64,000 nucleotides of DNA from Camelus dromedarius (GCF_036321535.1 NC_087437.1:69628001-69692000), one strand, 5' to 3'. Shown: positions 47,956 through 61,517, counted from the first letter of the stretch. Made by a program: numbers and translations. The notes: generated by a model not told the origin, from the sequence alone.

Positions 47956-50900
47956 CATCTCCTCTTCCTACCTTCTAATGTCAGCTTTTGTTTATTAGTA
48001 GCAATGTAAATTACTGTGTAAAAGCTCAAAAGAGGCATATAAAACCAATATTTGTCAGATTTTCCACCAAATGGTAACTAATAAATGCCTCAGTGATGAA
48101 GGTAGGATTTGAAAATTTTTAGCAATATGAAGTTTGAGCTTTATCTTTGGGTTTTATTTACTCATTTATGATACTCCAAGCATCGAATGGCTTGGGTAAT
48201 TTGAACTTGACAGTTTCCATTAATTTTGTCAAATGCACTCACTTGTGGACCTATATCATGGGCAGCAGAAAAGTGTAGAATAGTGCATCTTCACAATAAA
48301 TCTGAACCCACTTACCTGCTTGGCTGGACTTGTACTTCTTGGATCATAAAATTTGCCCTCTATAAGCCCAAGGAATGGTAATAATGATGCAAACTTGACT
48401 GAACTTGCAGCCCCAAAGGCATGAGAGTGGTAATTTAGGGCCTATCATAAATACACTGTCATGTAGCTTTCATCAAAATTTTGAGATATGGGTACTGCAG
48501 ATTTGGAGTAATGTATTCAACTTGCAGATGGTGCAAATACCAAGGCTTCAGAAGCATCAGTCTCTGCTACTCAATTTGACCCTGTAATTCACCAAAGCTA
48601 TTTGGATTCATCAAATCCTTTTTTAGCTGCCATACTTGTAGATCCATTCCCAAGCAATTCTCACTTACTTCTGGAGATGGTAACATGTGCCACCATCATC
48701 ATTATTATTACAATTCTATTATACAGTAGTGTGTTCTCAAAGTACCAAGTAAATCTTGTATTGGTTAATAATGAATGCAAAGGATGCATTCTTTTGCCTC
48801 TGTCTTGTTTGTCATTCTTTATAACCAGAACAAAAATGCTTCATCATTGCATCTTTTCAATACACAGTGGTATCCCATGACCAATGGTATTAGGCTTGTG
48901 CAAAGTGCTCTCCATCATCTCTTCCTTGCTCCCTTCCATCTTAGATTATCTCAAGCCGAAACACACTACTGTTCTGAGGGGACACTCATGAAGAGTCTCA
49001 CTTCCCTGTGAGGTTCTCTCTTCTAATCATGATCATCTCCCCATGACTCTGTGGATGTTGAAAATTGTCATTTTGCTACGTCAGCATCGGCAACCACACA
49101 CCTCATGATTGTGGTAGAAAACGGCACCTGTGGGTATGGCTCAGGGACGTGGAGCTCACTGGCCTGATGGCACACATCCAGTCTCACTGAGTTGAGAAGC
49201 CTGAGTTGTAGCAGAAGATCAGAGCACCTCTGTTACAGCATGATTACAGCACACCATCATCATTTGTTTGCTTAGCTGTCTCTCCCACAGTCTATGATCT
49301 GCCTAAGTGTGGGAGCCGCATTTTATTTGTTTTTACAACTCCTCTCCCTCAAACAGTACAGGTCCTGGAACTTAGTTATTGATGCTCCAACTGACCAAAG
49401 GATTTCCTTGCTAAAGTAAACACAGAGCATGACCATATGATTGGAAGCTTTAGCCATGAAGGGACACATTTGTGGCAGCAAAACAAAAATTCAGCAAAAC
49501 TTCAAAATGGTAGAAGGAGAGAGATGTGTTAAAAATCTAGAGATTTCTCTCTGCTGCCAGTCAGGAAAGGGTGTCTTTTATGAAACAAAATACTACAGTC
49601 TGAGCTCATGTTCTTGATGAGATTGGCACATAATACTGATAAGATCTGAGCTACACTGTCGTTCCTTTCTTATTTTTTGTAGACATCACGTTCATGTATA
49701 AATGTTTGAAAAGGGGGGGAAAAGCTACTCATTTGGAAATGTTATGTCTGTGAATAAAATATGTACATGTATTTGAGACTCAGTTTGACACTACAACGGT
49801 ATATTTAAGATAAACTATTTATCTTCCACAAACACATTTCACTGTTTTAACACATCCATTTGTTTCTGGAATGAAGGCAGAGGCACGAGGGTGGGAGGGA
49901 GGGAGAGGAAGAGGGAGGTGGGAAGGAGAGGGAAACAGTCAGGGAGCTTTGTGTTGTGATATTTCAGCTTCCCTCTCGACTAACTGGAATATGGTTTTGT
50001 TATTGGATGTCAGTTCACAAATCATGAATTAAGCAGCTCAAGCCAAGTGGCACCTAGCAGTAAAACTGGCATTTCTCAAAATATTGGCAGATCGAGCGAG
50101 CAACTGTTGATTTTAAATGTTTAATGAGCAATATGTTACTTATTCCGGTAATATTGTTGTGTTTGCCTAACCTTTCTCAGACTGCCTCCTTCTGCTTTAT
50201 TGTTGGAAAGCTTCCAAAGAGAAAGGGGTGAGTTAGGGAGGGGAGAGAGTGTGGACAGAATGAGGAAGAACTATTAGAAGAAAAGCTAATTAAAACTGCT
50301 CCCCTGATAATTGGGGAAGTATCCATGTCTTCTCAGTTCATAACTCAGGGACTTTATGAAATCCCAGCATGTTGTTCCTCACATGTTTATGATCACCACA
50401 GAGGAATAAAGGATAAAGGAAGAAAAAAATAGAATGGAAGAGGGCCAAGTAAAACTGCTGGGGGTGGTGAAAATGAGCAGCACCTGGTAACTGCAAAGTC
50501 TTGGGTGAGACCTTAAGAGTAAGATCATGATGACAGGAACATGGGTGAAGCCACTCTGCACACGGTTGTCATCATGGAGTCTTGGTCCAAAGAATAGACC
50601 TGTGGCAGGATTACAACAGAAATCAAATCAGTGGTGCAACTGAATAAGAGAGAAATCAATAGTAACTTCATATTCTGTGGCAGAAAGCATTTGGCTTCTT
50701 GGGCCCCCTCATAGTTAAACACTGCCAACACGTGCTTATTTCTTAACTGTGAGTCTGAATGCATTATTGGTCAGTGTGTGTAAAATATCTGATGGAAAAT
50801 AAGACCTCCTCAAGGCAAAATTAATGAGTATGAGCACTATGAAATTCTGGGTATCATTTGTTGCTTCAAAGAACAATTAGCTTTCTTTATCAGAACCATT

Positions 50901-52239
50901 TGTTTTAGCAAAAGTCAGTGAGGAACTCAAGACATCCCTGGGTAAGCTTGAAATCCTCTATAGGGCTAATGCAGATAATCTGTGCAAAAGATCTGGATCA
51001 GTAGGGGTGTTAAAGTGGAGATAACCATGTGACTGATTAGCATAAAAAATTAGCTACAGAGACAAATCTTCCAAAAAAGAGCCCTCGTTGTAGTTTGGAA
51101 CAGAAAGGAATTCTTCAGTGCTCCAAGAATTCAAATAAAAAAAATCAATCACCTGTTTGTTAGGGGAGCATCTAACCTTTATATAAACATACCATCAGCC
51201 TGTTGTTAGGCGTCGTACGAATTAGGAGTATTGTTCCTGAACTTTAGAAGAAAAACACTCTTGTATAAAGCTCATCCAGGGTCACATTGTGTAAAGTTAC
51301 TTCAGATTATATGCATATTTGCAGTCTTCCCTGGGGTCGTGCTCCCGTAGAGAGGAACTGAAATTTTCCTTAATGCAGTCATAAGGCCTATTTTTGGTAC
51401 TGGGTTCAAGAACCCTGCGATTGATGCTAATGAGGTCAGAACATCAAGGACGGTGTCCCACAAGCTAGCGAGCTTCACTTTGTCCTTTGACCACAGTCTT
51501 TAACCCTGGCAGTGAACCCTTGAATAACTACTCAGTCACAACAGCAATGGCTTGTCAAAGAAAAATCATTTCCAATTCATCATTAAGAAGGCATCATCAT
51601 TTACTGAGTATCTACTATGTGACAGGCATAGTGCATAGTGATCTTTGGGATAATATTAAATTATTCTGGGCCCTCTGGTAATAGGTGTCTGTTTGTAGAG
51701 ATATGGCTACAACCCATCACATTTGTTAAAATGAAATACTGCAACTACTTAGAAAACCCCTACTCGAATCTTTCACTCAATTAAATATTTCAGTACAGAT
51801 TGGAGAGGGTAGGAGGAAATCTTATTTGCCAAGTGAAGATAAAAAATGCAATTGGAACAAATAAATTCAAATGGTAGATTAAGTTTACTTGACTTGTTTT
51901 CCCTGCTGTAAAGGAAAAGGATAGTATCTCTTCCGAGAAAAATACTTGGGAGAGGATCTCCAGAATAATTTGTGATTTGGACTGACAGTAGACCGTTCGT
52001 GTTACATTTCACTCACTCTCTGATTTTAATCTCTCTGTTTTGAAGTTGTTACAAAAAGAAATAAAAGCAATAATATTCTCTCCTAGAAATTCCTGAGATA
52101 CTACAGGTGTGTGTGCAGAGCCGTGTAGTAATAACAGTCATTTCTATTAAACTTACCTGTTTCATTTGAGGAGGGCTTTCATTTGCTTTCCATTTTGTTT
52201 TTTAACCACATACTATGTTCTGTGAACTTCTTACTTGTT

Positions 52240-52790
52240 AATAAAATACTTACTCTTGAGATCTCAGCTTAAGTGGCTTTTTCTTTTTTGTGTTTTTATT
52301 TTTTTAATTTTATTTTTTATTGAAGTGTAGTTCATTTGCAATGTTTGTTTTAGGTGTACAGCAAAATGGCTCAGTTATACATATACATACATATGTATAT
52401 ATATATATTTTTTCAGATTCTTTCCCATTATAGCTTATTACAAGACATTTAATATAGTTCTCTGTGCTACGGTAGGTACTTGTTGTTTATCAATTTTGTA
52501 TATAGTAGTGTATATCTGTTAATCCTAAACTCCTAATTTAAGTGGCTTTTTTTAGATGATTTTGCCTTCTTAGCACTGAACAGGGTCATAACTTAGACTT
52601 AATCAAATAATCACATACACACACACATGCACGCATGCACATTGGAGAGGCAAGATCATGAAAGTGAAAATAGGCTGGTTCTATTCACCTCTGTGTCTTT
52701 TGCACCCAGCACAGTGTCTGACGTGTAGCATGTACTCAATAATACATTTAGTTGAAAGTATAAATAAATGTACAAATCAATAAACAAATG
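52240..52790 (+). mobile_element. L2 3' remnant interrupted by an L1 end
   Basis: tactcttgagatctcagctta...tattcacctctgtgtc...cccagcacagtgtctgacgtgtagcatgtactcaataa. Confidence 0.7.
52283..52537 (-). mobile_element. Younger L1 3' end
   Basis: Antisense L1 3'UTR with TSD ttaagtggcttttt at 52269-52282 and 52538-52551. Confidence 0.9.
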
Positions 52791-53150
52791 AGGGGCAAGG
52801 ATATAAAGATAAATAGGCTTGGAGACGTAACTTCAGGACTTGCATAGTCTAGTTGGGGAGACGGAAATGTACACAGATGATGTCAGTGCAACATGATCTA
52901 GGCCACCATAATTGCATGAACAAAATTACTGGAGAATTGAGAGAGACCAAAAAGGTCTTGAGCTGAGAATAAGGGTAGTTTCAAGCAGGTATTAAGAGGA
53001 AGAGGCAGAGGGAAAGATGCTGAGAAAAATTTCATAAAGGAGATGTCATGTGGACTGGTTCTTGAGAGTTGGCTTAGAAAAAGCCCAGACAGAGAGGAGG
53101 AGAATGTCCTTCTGAAGGAAGAGGGACAGCATGTATTGTTTGCATTCATC
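52790..53150 (-). mobile_element. L2 fragment
   Basis: cttcaggacttgcatagtctagttggggagac...ttcataaaggagatgtcatgtggactggttcttga. Confidence 0.6.
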
Positions 53151-53499
53151 AGTACACTGAAATCTAAAAGCTCAAACTCTGTTATGGCAAACAAAACAAA
53201 CTGATGTTTTGCAATAGTCAGAGGCAATGTTCAAGTCTTGATTAGATTTAAATACACAATAAAAATTCTGTAAAGGCTCCAAGCGGGAAGAATAAACCCA
53301 TAAGATGGCAGAAACTCAGAGTGTAAAACATTTCTAAGGACATGCAGGCTCTGGCACATGCAATGGGTAGTGGTCAGCTCCTTTGGGCATATACCTTTGT
53401 GGACTGATTCCTACATGGAAGGTCAAATTCTGGGATAATCCACAAAGGGGACAAAGGGGGCATCAGCTCAAAGATCTCAGTAGTCTAGACAGGAATACT

Positions 53500-53740
53500 A
53501 TGAAATTTAACTATGTGCATTTACTTATAAATATATAGTACTTGGTAATTTGCATATATTATCTCTTTCAGATTTCTTGGCCATATTATAAGGTCATCAA
53601 GAAAGGTACTATGACCTCTATTTTACAGATGAGGAAAGTGAACTTTGAAGAGTTTTAATGACTCTCCCAAAGTTAATGGCAAAGCTATAAACTCAAGTTC
53701 CCTAAATCCAGTTCCAAGATTCTGTTATACCACACAGGCT
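53500..53740 (-). mobile_element. MIR SINE
   Basis: ctattttacagatgaggaaagtga...tgactctcccaaagt. Confidence 0.75.
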
Positions 53741-54019
53741 TTATAAAACAAAATGAAACAAAACAGGTGAAATAAGGTAGAATGACCAGAAAAAATCAAA
53801 TGTAAATGTTAAGGTAAATTTTCTAAATCTCTTGCTATATCAAAAAGTTTTAAAATCTAATCTAACTATATTTGATCTAATCACCAAATATCTCATGTCT
53901 TAGAGTACAGCTCTCTTTTTTCTTTATTTTCTAGATTTCTTCTATATCAAGTCATTGATTTTTTTTTTCAGGCTAATCCCTTTTCCTTATTTCTGAAATA
54001 GAATTTCTGCTCTAGTTTC

Positions 54020-54250
54020 AAAAACGTGGACTTCAGAGCTGGACAGAGCTGAATTCAAATCCTGATCCTGTCACGTATTAGCTTTAAAATCTTGAAAAAC
54101 TGATTCAGATCTTTTCCGTGCCTTAACACATCTCTAAATTATGTGTATGTTTAATAATACTTGTATTACAGAGTTTCAAGTTAAATACTGTGATTAATGT
54201 GAGAGTCTTAGCACATAGTTTTCATTCAGTAAATGCTTGTGATTATTCCT
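54020..54250 (+). mobile_element. MIR SINE
   Basis: tggacttcagagctggacagagctgaattcaaatcctg...tagcacatagttttcattcagtaaatg. Confidence 0.7.
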
Positions 54251-54658
54251 CTACCTTTTCTTATTTGCATTCCACACACCATTTAAATTCTTTTCTTCAT
54301 TTTTCAATCCTCAAGAATCTCAGTTCTGTTTTCTTTCCCACATTCTATTGCTGCCCTTCTCCTGGCACTCATACCTCTCTGCTTTCTCAGATTACTACTT
54401 CCTATATTCCCCTGCTCTCCCCCTGGTGGTCCCCCTTCTTGATCCCTGATGCCTTTCCCCTTGCCTTTGCCAGCTCTTCAAGAGCTAGAGTAGAAACCAG
54501 GTGATGTCTAAGGTGGCAGGTGGAGAAGTCCCACAAGCTGTTCCAAGCACTGAAGAATAAATGATTTAGATGTCTTTGATTTGGGAGAATGGAGACAACA
54601 ACAACAAAAATACTGAACAGTAAGGGTCCTCTTGATTCCCCTTCTTCCACATTTCTAT

Positions 54659-54660
<2 letters not shown>

Positions 54661-54693
<33 letters not shown>
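54661..54693. repeat. (AC)n microsatellite
   Basis: Directly visible. Confidence 0.95.
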
Positions 54694-54696
<3 letters not shown>

Positions 54697-55247
54697 GAAC
54701 CTACCCAGGAATTATGCATGTGATCACTTCCTCACTCATTCTTGTGAGTCCTTTTAGCTTTCTATTTCTATTCAATTTTCCTTCACTCATTTTCAGGACT
54801 TCAGAAATAACTGAGTATGTAAGTCAATAGAAATCTAAGAAGAAATAAAAAAGGACATAAAAAGAGAGATGCTGAGATATAAATAACAACTAGGCATGAA
54901 CATTTTAATACTTTTAGAACCAGCAACCTCTTAACTGTATCAGCCGAGCTGCACACTTGTTCTGAGCAGCCTGTAACTCTTCCTTCTCACAAGGCCCTCT
55001 GCTACGTGGTACAGGGATGTTTCTGAGTCCAGCTGGTAATCGCTTTATGTCCTGAGGCAAAAGGATTGATGGTGAACGCCATACTTTTTCTAGCTTGCAT
55101 AAAGCAGATGCTGTTCCTGCTCTGCTCATTCGCATAAATGTTTATTTCTTCCTAGAGTCTTACAAAGTGTCTGCAGTATCCCAGGAAAGTCAGACAATAG
55201 GGCACTTTCAGGTGAGATAGAAAAATGTAAAGGAGTAGGAAGTTGGA

Positions 55248-55249
<2 letters not shown>

Positions 55250-55311
<62 letters not shown>
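55250..55311. repeat. Compound (CT)n(CA)n microsatellite
   Basis: Directly visible. Confidence 0.95.
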
Positions 55312-55312
<1 letters not shown>

Positions 55313-56284
55313 CTTCCACATTGGTTCTCTTCGGGTAGAGTTGCTCTTTGTGCACTGGAACTGTTTAAACAGGGATATCCTGTCTTTGTACCTTCTTTAT
55401 TTCAGGACCACACTGCTAATATATATACATATTTTTTTTTCTTTAAGCCTCTGCCTTCCCCGAGACCTTGTAGGGCTTTGAGGATCTTTGATGGTGAGGT
55501 TGATTTCCCAGGGCTGCACCTTTCTAAGGATGACTGTCTTCTGATTCCCTGCAGCCTTTCTCTCCCTGTCCCTGCTGAATAGACTTAGCCTTAGTCTTGA
55601 GCTTTGACTCAGGGCAAAGAGGACCATTTAAAAGGGTGGGAGGGATGAATATGTCTGGGTTTCAGGGTCTAAACAGTGTGGCCATTCCAGGCTGCCAGTC
55701 CCTATGAGAATGTCATGCCATTTCTTCTAGAATCCATCAATTTTAAGAACTCCCAGGCAGCATGAAATGAGAAAAAGGTTTACTGTGAATTGGGGTTACT
55801 ACTACTCTCATTTGGGAAAACTTTTCAACTCTTGGAAATATAATTTCTAGTTTCATAATTTGAAAGCTCTGTGACCAATTCTTGTGTGCATTTCTTTCCC
55901 ATCTTGTTGTTGGATGTTTGTGTGTGATTTCATATAATGGCTTTTCTCTGCTGTGAGAACCCAAATGCTGTGCACCTAATGGGTTTGCAATCACTGTCTC
56001 TCCAGCAGGCAAAAGAAATTCCTGGGGCCTTTTTGGCCTTTTCTTAGAAAGAAACAAGTATGAGGCTGTTAGTACAGTTCTAAGTCTTACTGCATTTCTC
56101 CCAGGAGCAACTTCTGGGCAAGTGCAGGACTCTCTTCTCTAGAAAGTCTCAGGATGCAAGCTGAGACTTGCATCAGTTCATACCTACAGCCAGAGCTTTG
56201 AAAGCTTTCTTTACATTGTGGCTGGTTTGTTGAGTCTGGGGCAAAGGAGGCTGTGAACTGGGGCGCCTTTGTGAAGCTTTGGCA

Positions 56285-56445
56285 GTGAGAGTATACATCT
56301 GAATCACCCCCACGGTGTTAAAATGCAGATTCCTGGGGCTCACCGCAGACCTACTGGACTAGAACTTCTGGAGCTGGACCTGATAATCATCTTTTTTTAA
56401 GTAGTTCCCTGGATGGCTTTTCCTAGTTTGGAAACTGCTGCTTTA
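56285..56445. mobile_element. MER5A hAT-Charlie MITE
   Basis: gaatcaccc...ttaaaatgcagattcctggggctcacc...agacctactg...agtttggaaactgctg. Confidence 0.8.
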
Positions 56446-56661
56446 GAATGATATTTAGAATGACCAAAAAATGAAGGTGGACTCAGCAATACTGATACTA
56501 TAATTGAAAATAATTGCTTAGATCCTAGATCATAGGACATTCTGAAATACAGCTTTGTTATTATCCACTATATTCCCCAGTTTAAAAAAAATGGGAAAAA
56601 AATTAGCTCAATGAAAAATGAAGTTCTTTGGACTTGCGTGTTAGATTTTGTTCCTTTATAT

Positions 56662-56986
56662 CAAGGTTGCCAAAATTTTTTTCCGTAAAGGACTAGGTAC
56701 TAAATATTTTAAGCTTTACAGGCCATATGGTCTTTGTTGCAAGTAAACTCTGCTGTTGTAGCTGACAGCAGTCATAGACAGCGAGTAAATAGATGGGCAC
56801 AGCTGTATCTCAATAAAACTTTATTTATGAACACTAGGATTTGAATCTCATATACTTTTCATGTGCCACAAAATATTGTTCATGTTTTAATTAAAAAAAT
56901 ATTTTATGGTGCAAAAACCATTATGTCCTGTACAAAAACAGGTACCAGGTCAAATTTGGCCCAAGGGCCATAGTTTGCTAACCCCT
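56662..56986. mobile_element. MER58B-like hAT-Charlie MITE
   Basis: caaggttgccaaa...taaatattttaagctttacaggccatatggtc...caataaaactttatttat...gggccatagtttgctaacccct. Confidence 0.85.
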
Positions 56987-58480
56987 ATTCTGCACCTCTT
57001 TTGGTTCCAAATTAAGACAAACTTGGAAAACATAAAGCAAAATTTCAGGAAATTCTTTTTTTCAAAAACATTTTTGATTATCAATGAAATAATAGGATAG
57101 ATAGATAGGCAGATATAGATAGATATCTCGCGATATAGATATATATCAGCAATAAAAGATTTTTGTTCAGAAAAGACATCTGTGTTATTAAATCTTCACT
57201 CTTAACATTTTATAAGTGGTACATCAGATATAGGACAGATCATGCAGAATCTAAAAGGTAAAAACTTAGAGATGGTTGTGGTAGAAAGAATAAGAGACTA
57301 AAAAGAAATTAACTCTTAATGAATGCTGATTGTGTCTGGGCACTGGTCATTGTACTCGAATGTTGGAAACCAGAACATCCAAAGTAATGATATCAACAGT
57401 AAAAGCAAATTTAACTCATCATTAATTAATTGTCATTAATATAATGATTTCCTAAATAGTTACATCCTCTTTACATTTTAGTATTGTCTTCTTATGCTTT
57501 GTTGTATCTTCTCAGCCCAGTGCTGCATGTGTAATAGTTGTCAAATTAAATTCTTTACTATACCTTTCATTCTGAGGGGGTGATACTCATTACAAAGGGG
57601 AGCCACCCTTCCTGTATTTGTAGACTCTCTCCCTCTCTCTCTGTAGCAGGAAATAGAAAGTTCAGCTTTATGAAGAACCCAAGAATGTGAGTCTCTTTCT
57701 CTTGATCATATTTGGCTTTTCACTCATGGCTATCGAAGTTTGGCAGGAGATCCCTTTATGTTACTTGATTTTAGTCTATCTCTTGAGCACCATTGCAATA
57801 ATCTGTCCTTTTGAAGCCATTCAATGGCTTTCAAACTGTGTGCTAATGAACACTGATGTTCCAGAAACTAAACTTAGTGGTTCTGCTGCTAAAATGGAAA
57901 TCAGCATTCTTTTACTGAGTCATAGAGGAGAAATATTACTGAATAAGATTGAATTTTATTGATTGAAGATTTTCCCATAAAACATTCTCAGATTTTTTGA
58001 TGTCTATATGATTTTTTAAAATTAAAATCTAACAATCCAATATAGGGTAAACACAAAGTCACTAATCAAACTTTAGTTTCTTGTAATTGCATGTATTGTT
58101 AGACAAAGAGTGCTGCGATTTTCTGGTGCTCTGCTACCTGGAAACTTTGAGGACCTGTGTCCTGGATTGTAATTTGGAGAAGTTACTAGTGTCTTTTTCA
58201 GAAAATAAATTAAATCTATATGAATACATTTAGTGAAATTACTTTTAAACATTCATTCAGCTAAACTTCATTTAAATATGTGTGCCTCAAGTTTTATATT
58301 TTCGACTCTTTAGTGAAAAATATATTTTTGCCAGGTTGAGGAATAATTCAATGTTCCTGCTAATCCTAATTCTGTCACTTACCTTTCTCTAGTTGTCTGT
58401 AAACATATTTTTTTACACACACACTTCTGTTTTCTTCCAAATACCTCTCATTCTTAAGTCACTTTAAGATATTCCAATTT

Positions 58481-58645
58481 GGGGGAAGGGTATAGCTCAA
58501 GTGGTAGAGTGCATGCTCAGCACCCGAAAAGTCAAGGGTCCAATCCCCAGTACCTACTCCAAGTGGAAATCAATGAAGAAACAAAGCCTAATTACCTCCC
58601 CTTCATAAAAAACAAAAACAAAAACAAAAACAAAAACAAAAAAAA
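58481..58645 (+). mobile_element. Camelid-type tRNA-derived SINE
   Basis: GGGGGAAGGGTATAGCTCAAGTGGTAGAGTGCATGC...AATCCCCAGTACC...CCTAATTACCTCCCC and an (AAAAAC)n tail. TSD aagatatt(c/t)caattt at 58466-58480 and 58653-58667. Confidence 0.92.
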
Positions 58646-59914
58646 CCAGTACAAGATATTTCAATTTTGACTCCTTGATGGAAAGAGGAACAGATTGGAT
58701 TAGAGGAAGCGGAAGTCAGACACCTGACCATTTTGGAATTTTATTCTTTTGATTAGCATGGATCCAACCTAGTCATGTGCTAACCAAGGTGTCAGAGGCA
58801 CATGCAGTTCATCTGTGGCCAGTGCCCCTATTCCCCACACCAGTGACTGATAGCTGTCTTCCGTGATAGCACCTGACAACTCTCTAGATAGACTTTCCAT
58901 TAGATAAGCATTGAAATAGGGACACAAGTTTTTCATTATCCCCGATGTGAAGACAATGCCTTGATAACCTGCCCTTAGACTACCTGGAACTATGTCAAGA
59001 TCAGGGATACTGGTTAAAAAAAATGGTTTGAGCCCCTCCCAGTCCTTTAAGGAGGACTAAAGGTTATCACTATGTTGTCCAAAATGACCACTCCAAACTT
59101 TTGTGACCCTTGAGCTTTCCTATACCCAGCCACTTATGCAATCATATGCTTATCTATTCACTTACTCTCAGATGGGTAGAATGACAGGTAACCACTTCTT
59201 AGCATGGTTATTTTATGTCATATCCAAATGAAGTCGTGTTGTGAATAGGCTTAGGCTCAACCAACCAAAATAAACCTGCCTGCCCTGACTGCCAGCAGGC
59301 TGATTTTGTAAGTATCTGTGAGTCTGCTCTAGGCTGTTGTAATTCTGATAGCATTTTTTTCCTGCTCTTATCCTTCCCCATGGTCTGATTCTCTGGATTT
59401 CTTCCTATGATCACCCTGTGCCCCTCTCTATTGCCTTCTTGTTTGCTGCAGGGCTTCCCCCTCATGGTTTTCTGCCTTCCCACCTTCCCTGTGGTCTCCT
59501 CTGCCCCTGAACACAGAAGGTCAGACAGTGTTGCCCGAGAGCCATGGCTAAGTTTGCCAGCAGGTGAAACCATCTGTCCAAAGGCAATGATTTGAGGTGC
59601 TTAACTTTTTTCACCTTGAAATTGCGAGGTTTTTTAGACCAGGAACCTAAAATTTCATCAGTAAACGTTATGTTGAGATATTGATATAATCAGGTTTAGC
59701 CTTCTGGAAACTAACAGTATTTTAGAATAGTATCCAGGGAAGGGAAGGCTGAGGAGATTTGAGAGTAGTGATTTTTTGAAGACATTCCAAGACCTCCTGC
59801 TCAAAATTTACCCAATTATCTTCTGAAAACCTGGCTATTATTGCTCTCATCAAGATAGGGATCAGCAAGCCTAAAAGACCACCCACCTTGAATGACCTCA
59901 AATGCACCAAAAGA

Positions 59915-60050
59915 CTTTTTGTGTTTAATTTTTTTTTTCATTGTTTGATTTTGGGGTTTTTTTTCCCCTTAGCAGAAGTACTGGGGATTGAACCCAAGAC
60001 CTCGTGCATGCCCAGCTCACGCTCTACCACTGTTATATCTCGCACCCCCC
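59915..60050 (-). mobile_element. Camelid-type tRNA-derived SINE (more diverged)
   Basis: gtactggggattgaacccaagacctcgtgcatgc...gctctaccactg, with a T-rich tail on the left. Confidence 0.85.
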
Positions 60051-61517
60051 TAGTGTGTTTTATACCTATTCCAAGACTGACATATTTATATATGTCATAA
60101 GCCGGGACCTTTTTATCCATATCTGCAACTAATTTCACACCAAGACTTAGATATTAGTGAGACTGATTTTCTGTCTCAGTATCACCACCAACATTTAGAT
60201 GCACTAAGCCAGAGTGCGTTCAGTGTGACATCTGAACGGTGACTCCCTCCTCCTTCCCTAGCGGTCCTCTTCCTCCTGTCCTGTTCTTCCAGGTCCTCCG
60301 AACTTCTGCCCACAAGTACCCACCCTGATTGCCTGCAGGCTGACAAGTCCCTTAGGTGTTCATTGAAAATTAAGACATTCTCTGATAAAAGGTATAACCA
60401 CTTGCATTAATATTTGCATTGTTAATGGAGTCTTAATGGGAAAATAATTAAACTTTAAAGCTTGATATCTTTGAGGCAATTTATCCTGCCTGGCAACCTG
60501 TAAAGTCTCACCACACAGGCAGCCCCTGCCTTGCATCACCTCATCTGCCTGCAGCTCATGCTGCCCACAGCATGTAATTTCAGTGTAGCTCTACAACCAG
60601 ACCACAAGAGGGTGGGATAGGTAGCTCGGAATCCTACCTAACATGATCCGAAGAAATAAAATCTCTCAACTGTTTACAGATAAATTTACTCTTAAAGGAC
60701 CTTCTAATCTTTGAGAAGGTCAGGAGCCATCCATCTGCCATTCTGCAAGTTCACAGATAGCTTGTCTACTGATCACAAGTGCTTTTGTGATGAAATTCAC
60801 GCTTAAGGGAGGTAGGACAGACAGTTTGTGTTTTCTTGTCCAACTTTGCATAAAAATGACCTATTGATGATTTTTACAATGTGAAAATCTAGTGACAATG
60901 CCAGGCAAAACACAGTGAACCGCAGGACAGAGAGGAAAATTAAGGACAGCAGACAATTGGGAACTGGGACACAGGCTCTGTTTAGAGTTCCAGGAAGGCC
61001 AGCAGGTAGTCAGCATTGGCTTTTGTCTAGTGTCTAGTACTGGTAGGTAGGTAGGCAGGCAAGATGGACATTAGTTCCAGAAATAGAGGTGAGACTGTTA
61101 AACTATGATTAATGGTTAACAACACTAGGTTCACACAGACATCTCAGCTCTGCCATTTACCATCAGTGTGATGTTGGGAAATTGCTAAAGCTAAGTAGTT
61201 TCATTTGTAAATAAAGAAAAAAGAATATGCCCACATAGATAAATGAACAAGTATATGTAAGGAGCCTGTGTGTCACAAAGTGGTACTAACACAAAGAGGT
61301 TTGTTAGCTCAGCAATGAGACTAGAGTGTCAAGTTCAATGCAGAACATGGATTCTTCTCTTGATAATTTAACTTTTCTCCTTCAGTCTCCCCTGACCTAA
61401 AAACCGAATTGATTCCCAATCCCAGGCCAAGGTTAAACCTGTCAGCTGCAGTTATTTGAAGTCCCTTGAGAGAAACAAAGGGATAAGCTTCTGAATGTCA
61501 GACGACTAAGATCAGAT

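Noticed and set aside
58481..58560. tRNA-like sequence with A and B boxes
   Set aside because: It is a SINE head with an A-rich tail and TSD, not a tRNA gene. The same holds for the other three copies.
60911..60922. CACAGTGAACCG resembling part of mature miR-128
   Set aside because: Only 12 nt match, the 3' part differs, and I see no precursor hairpin arm.
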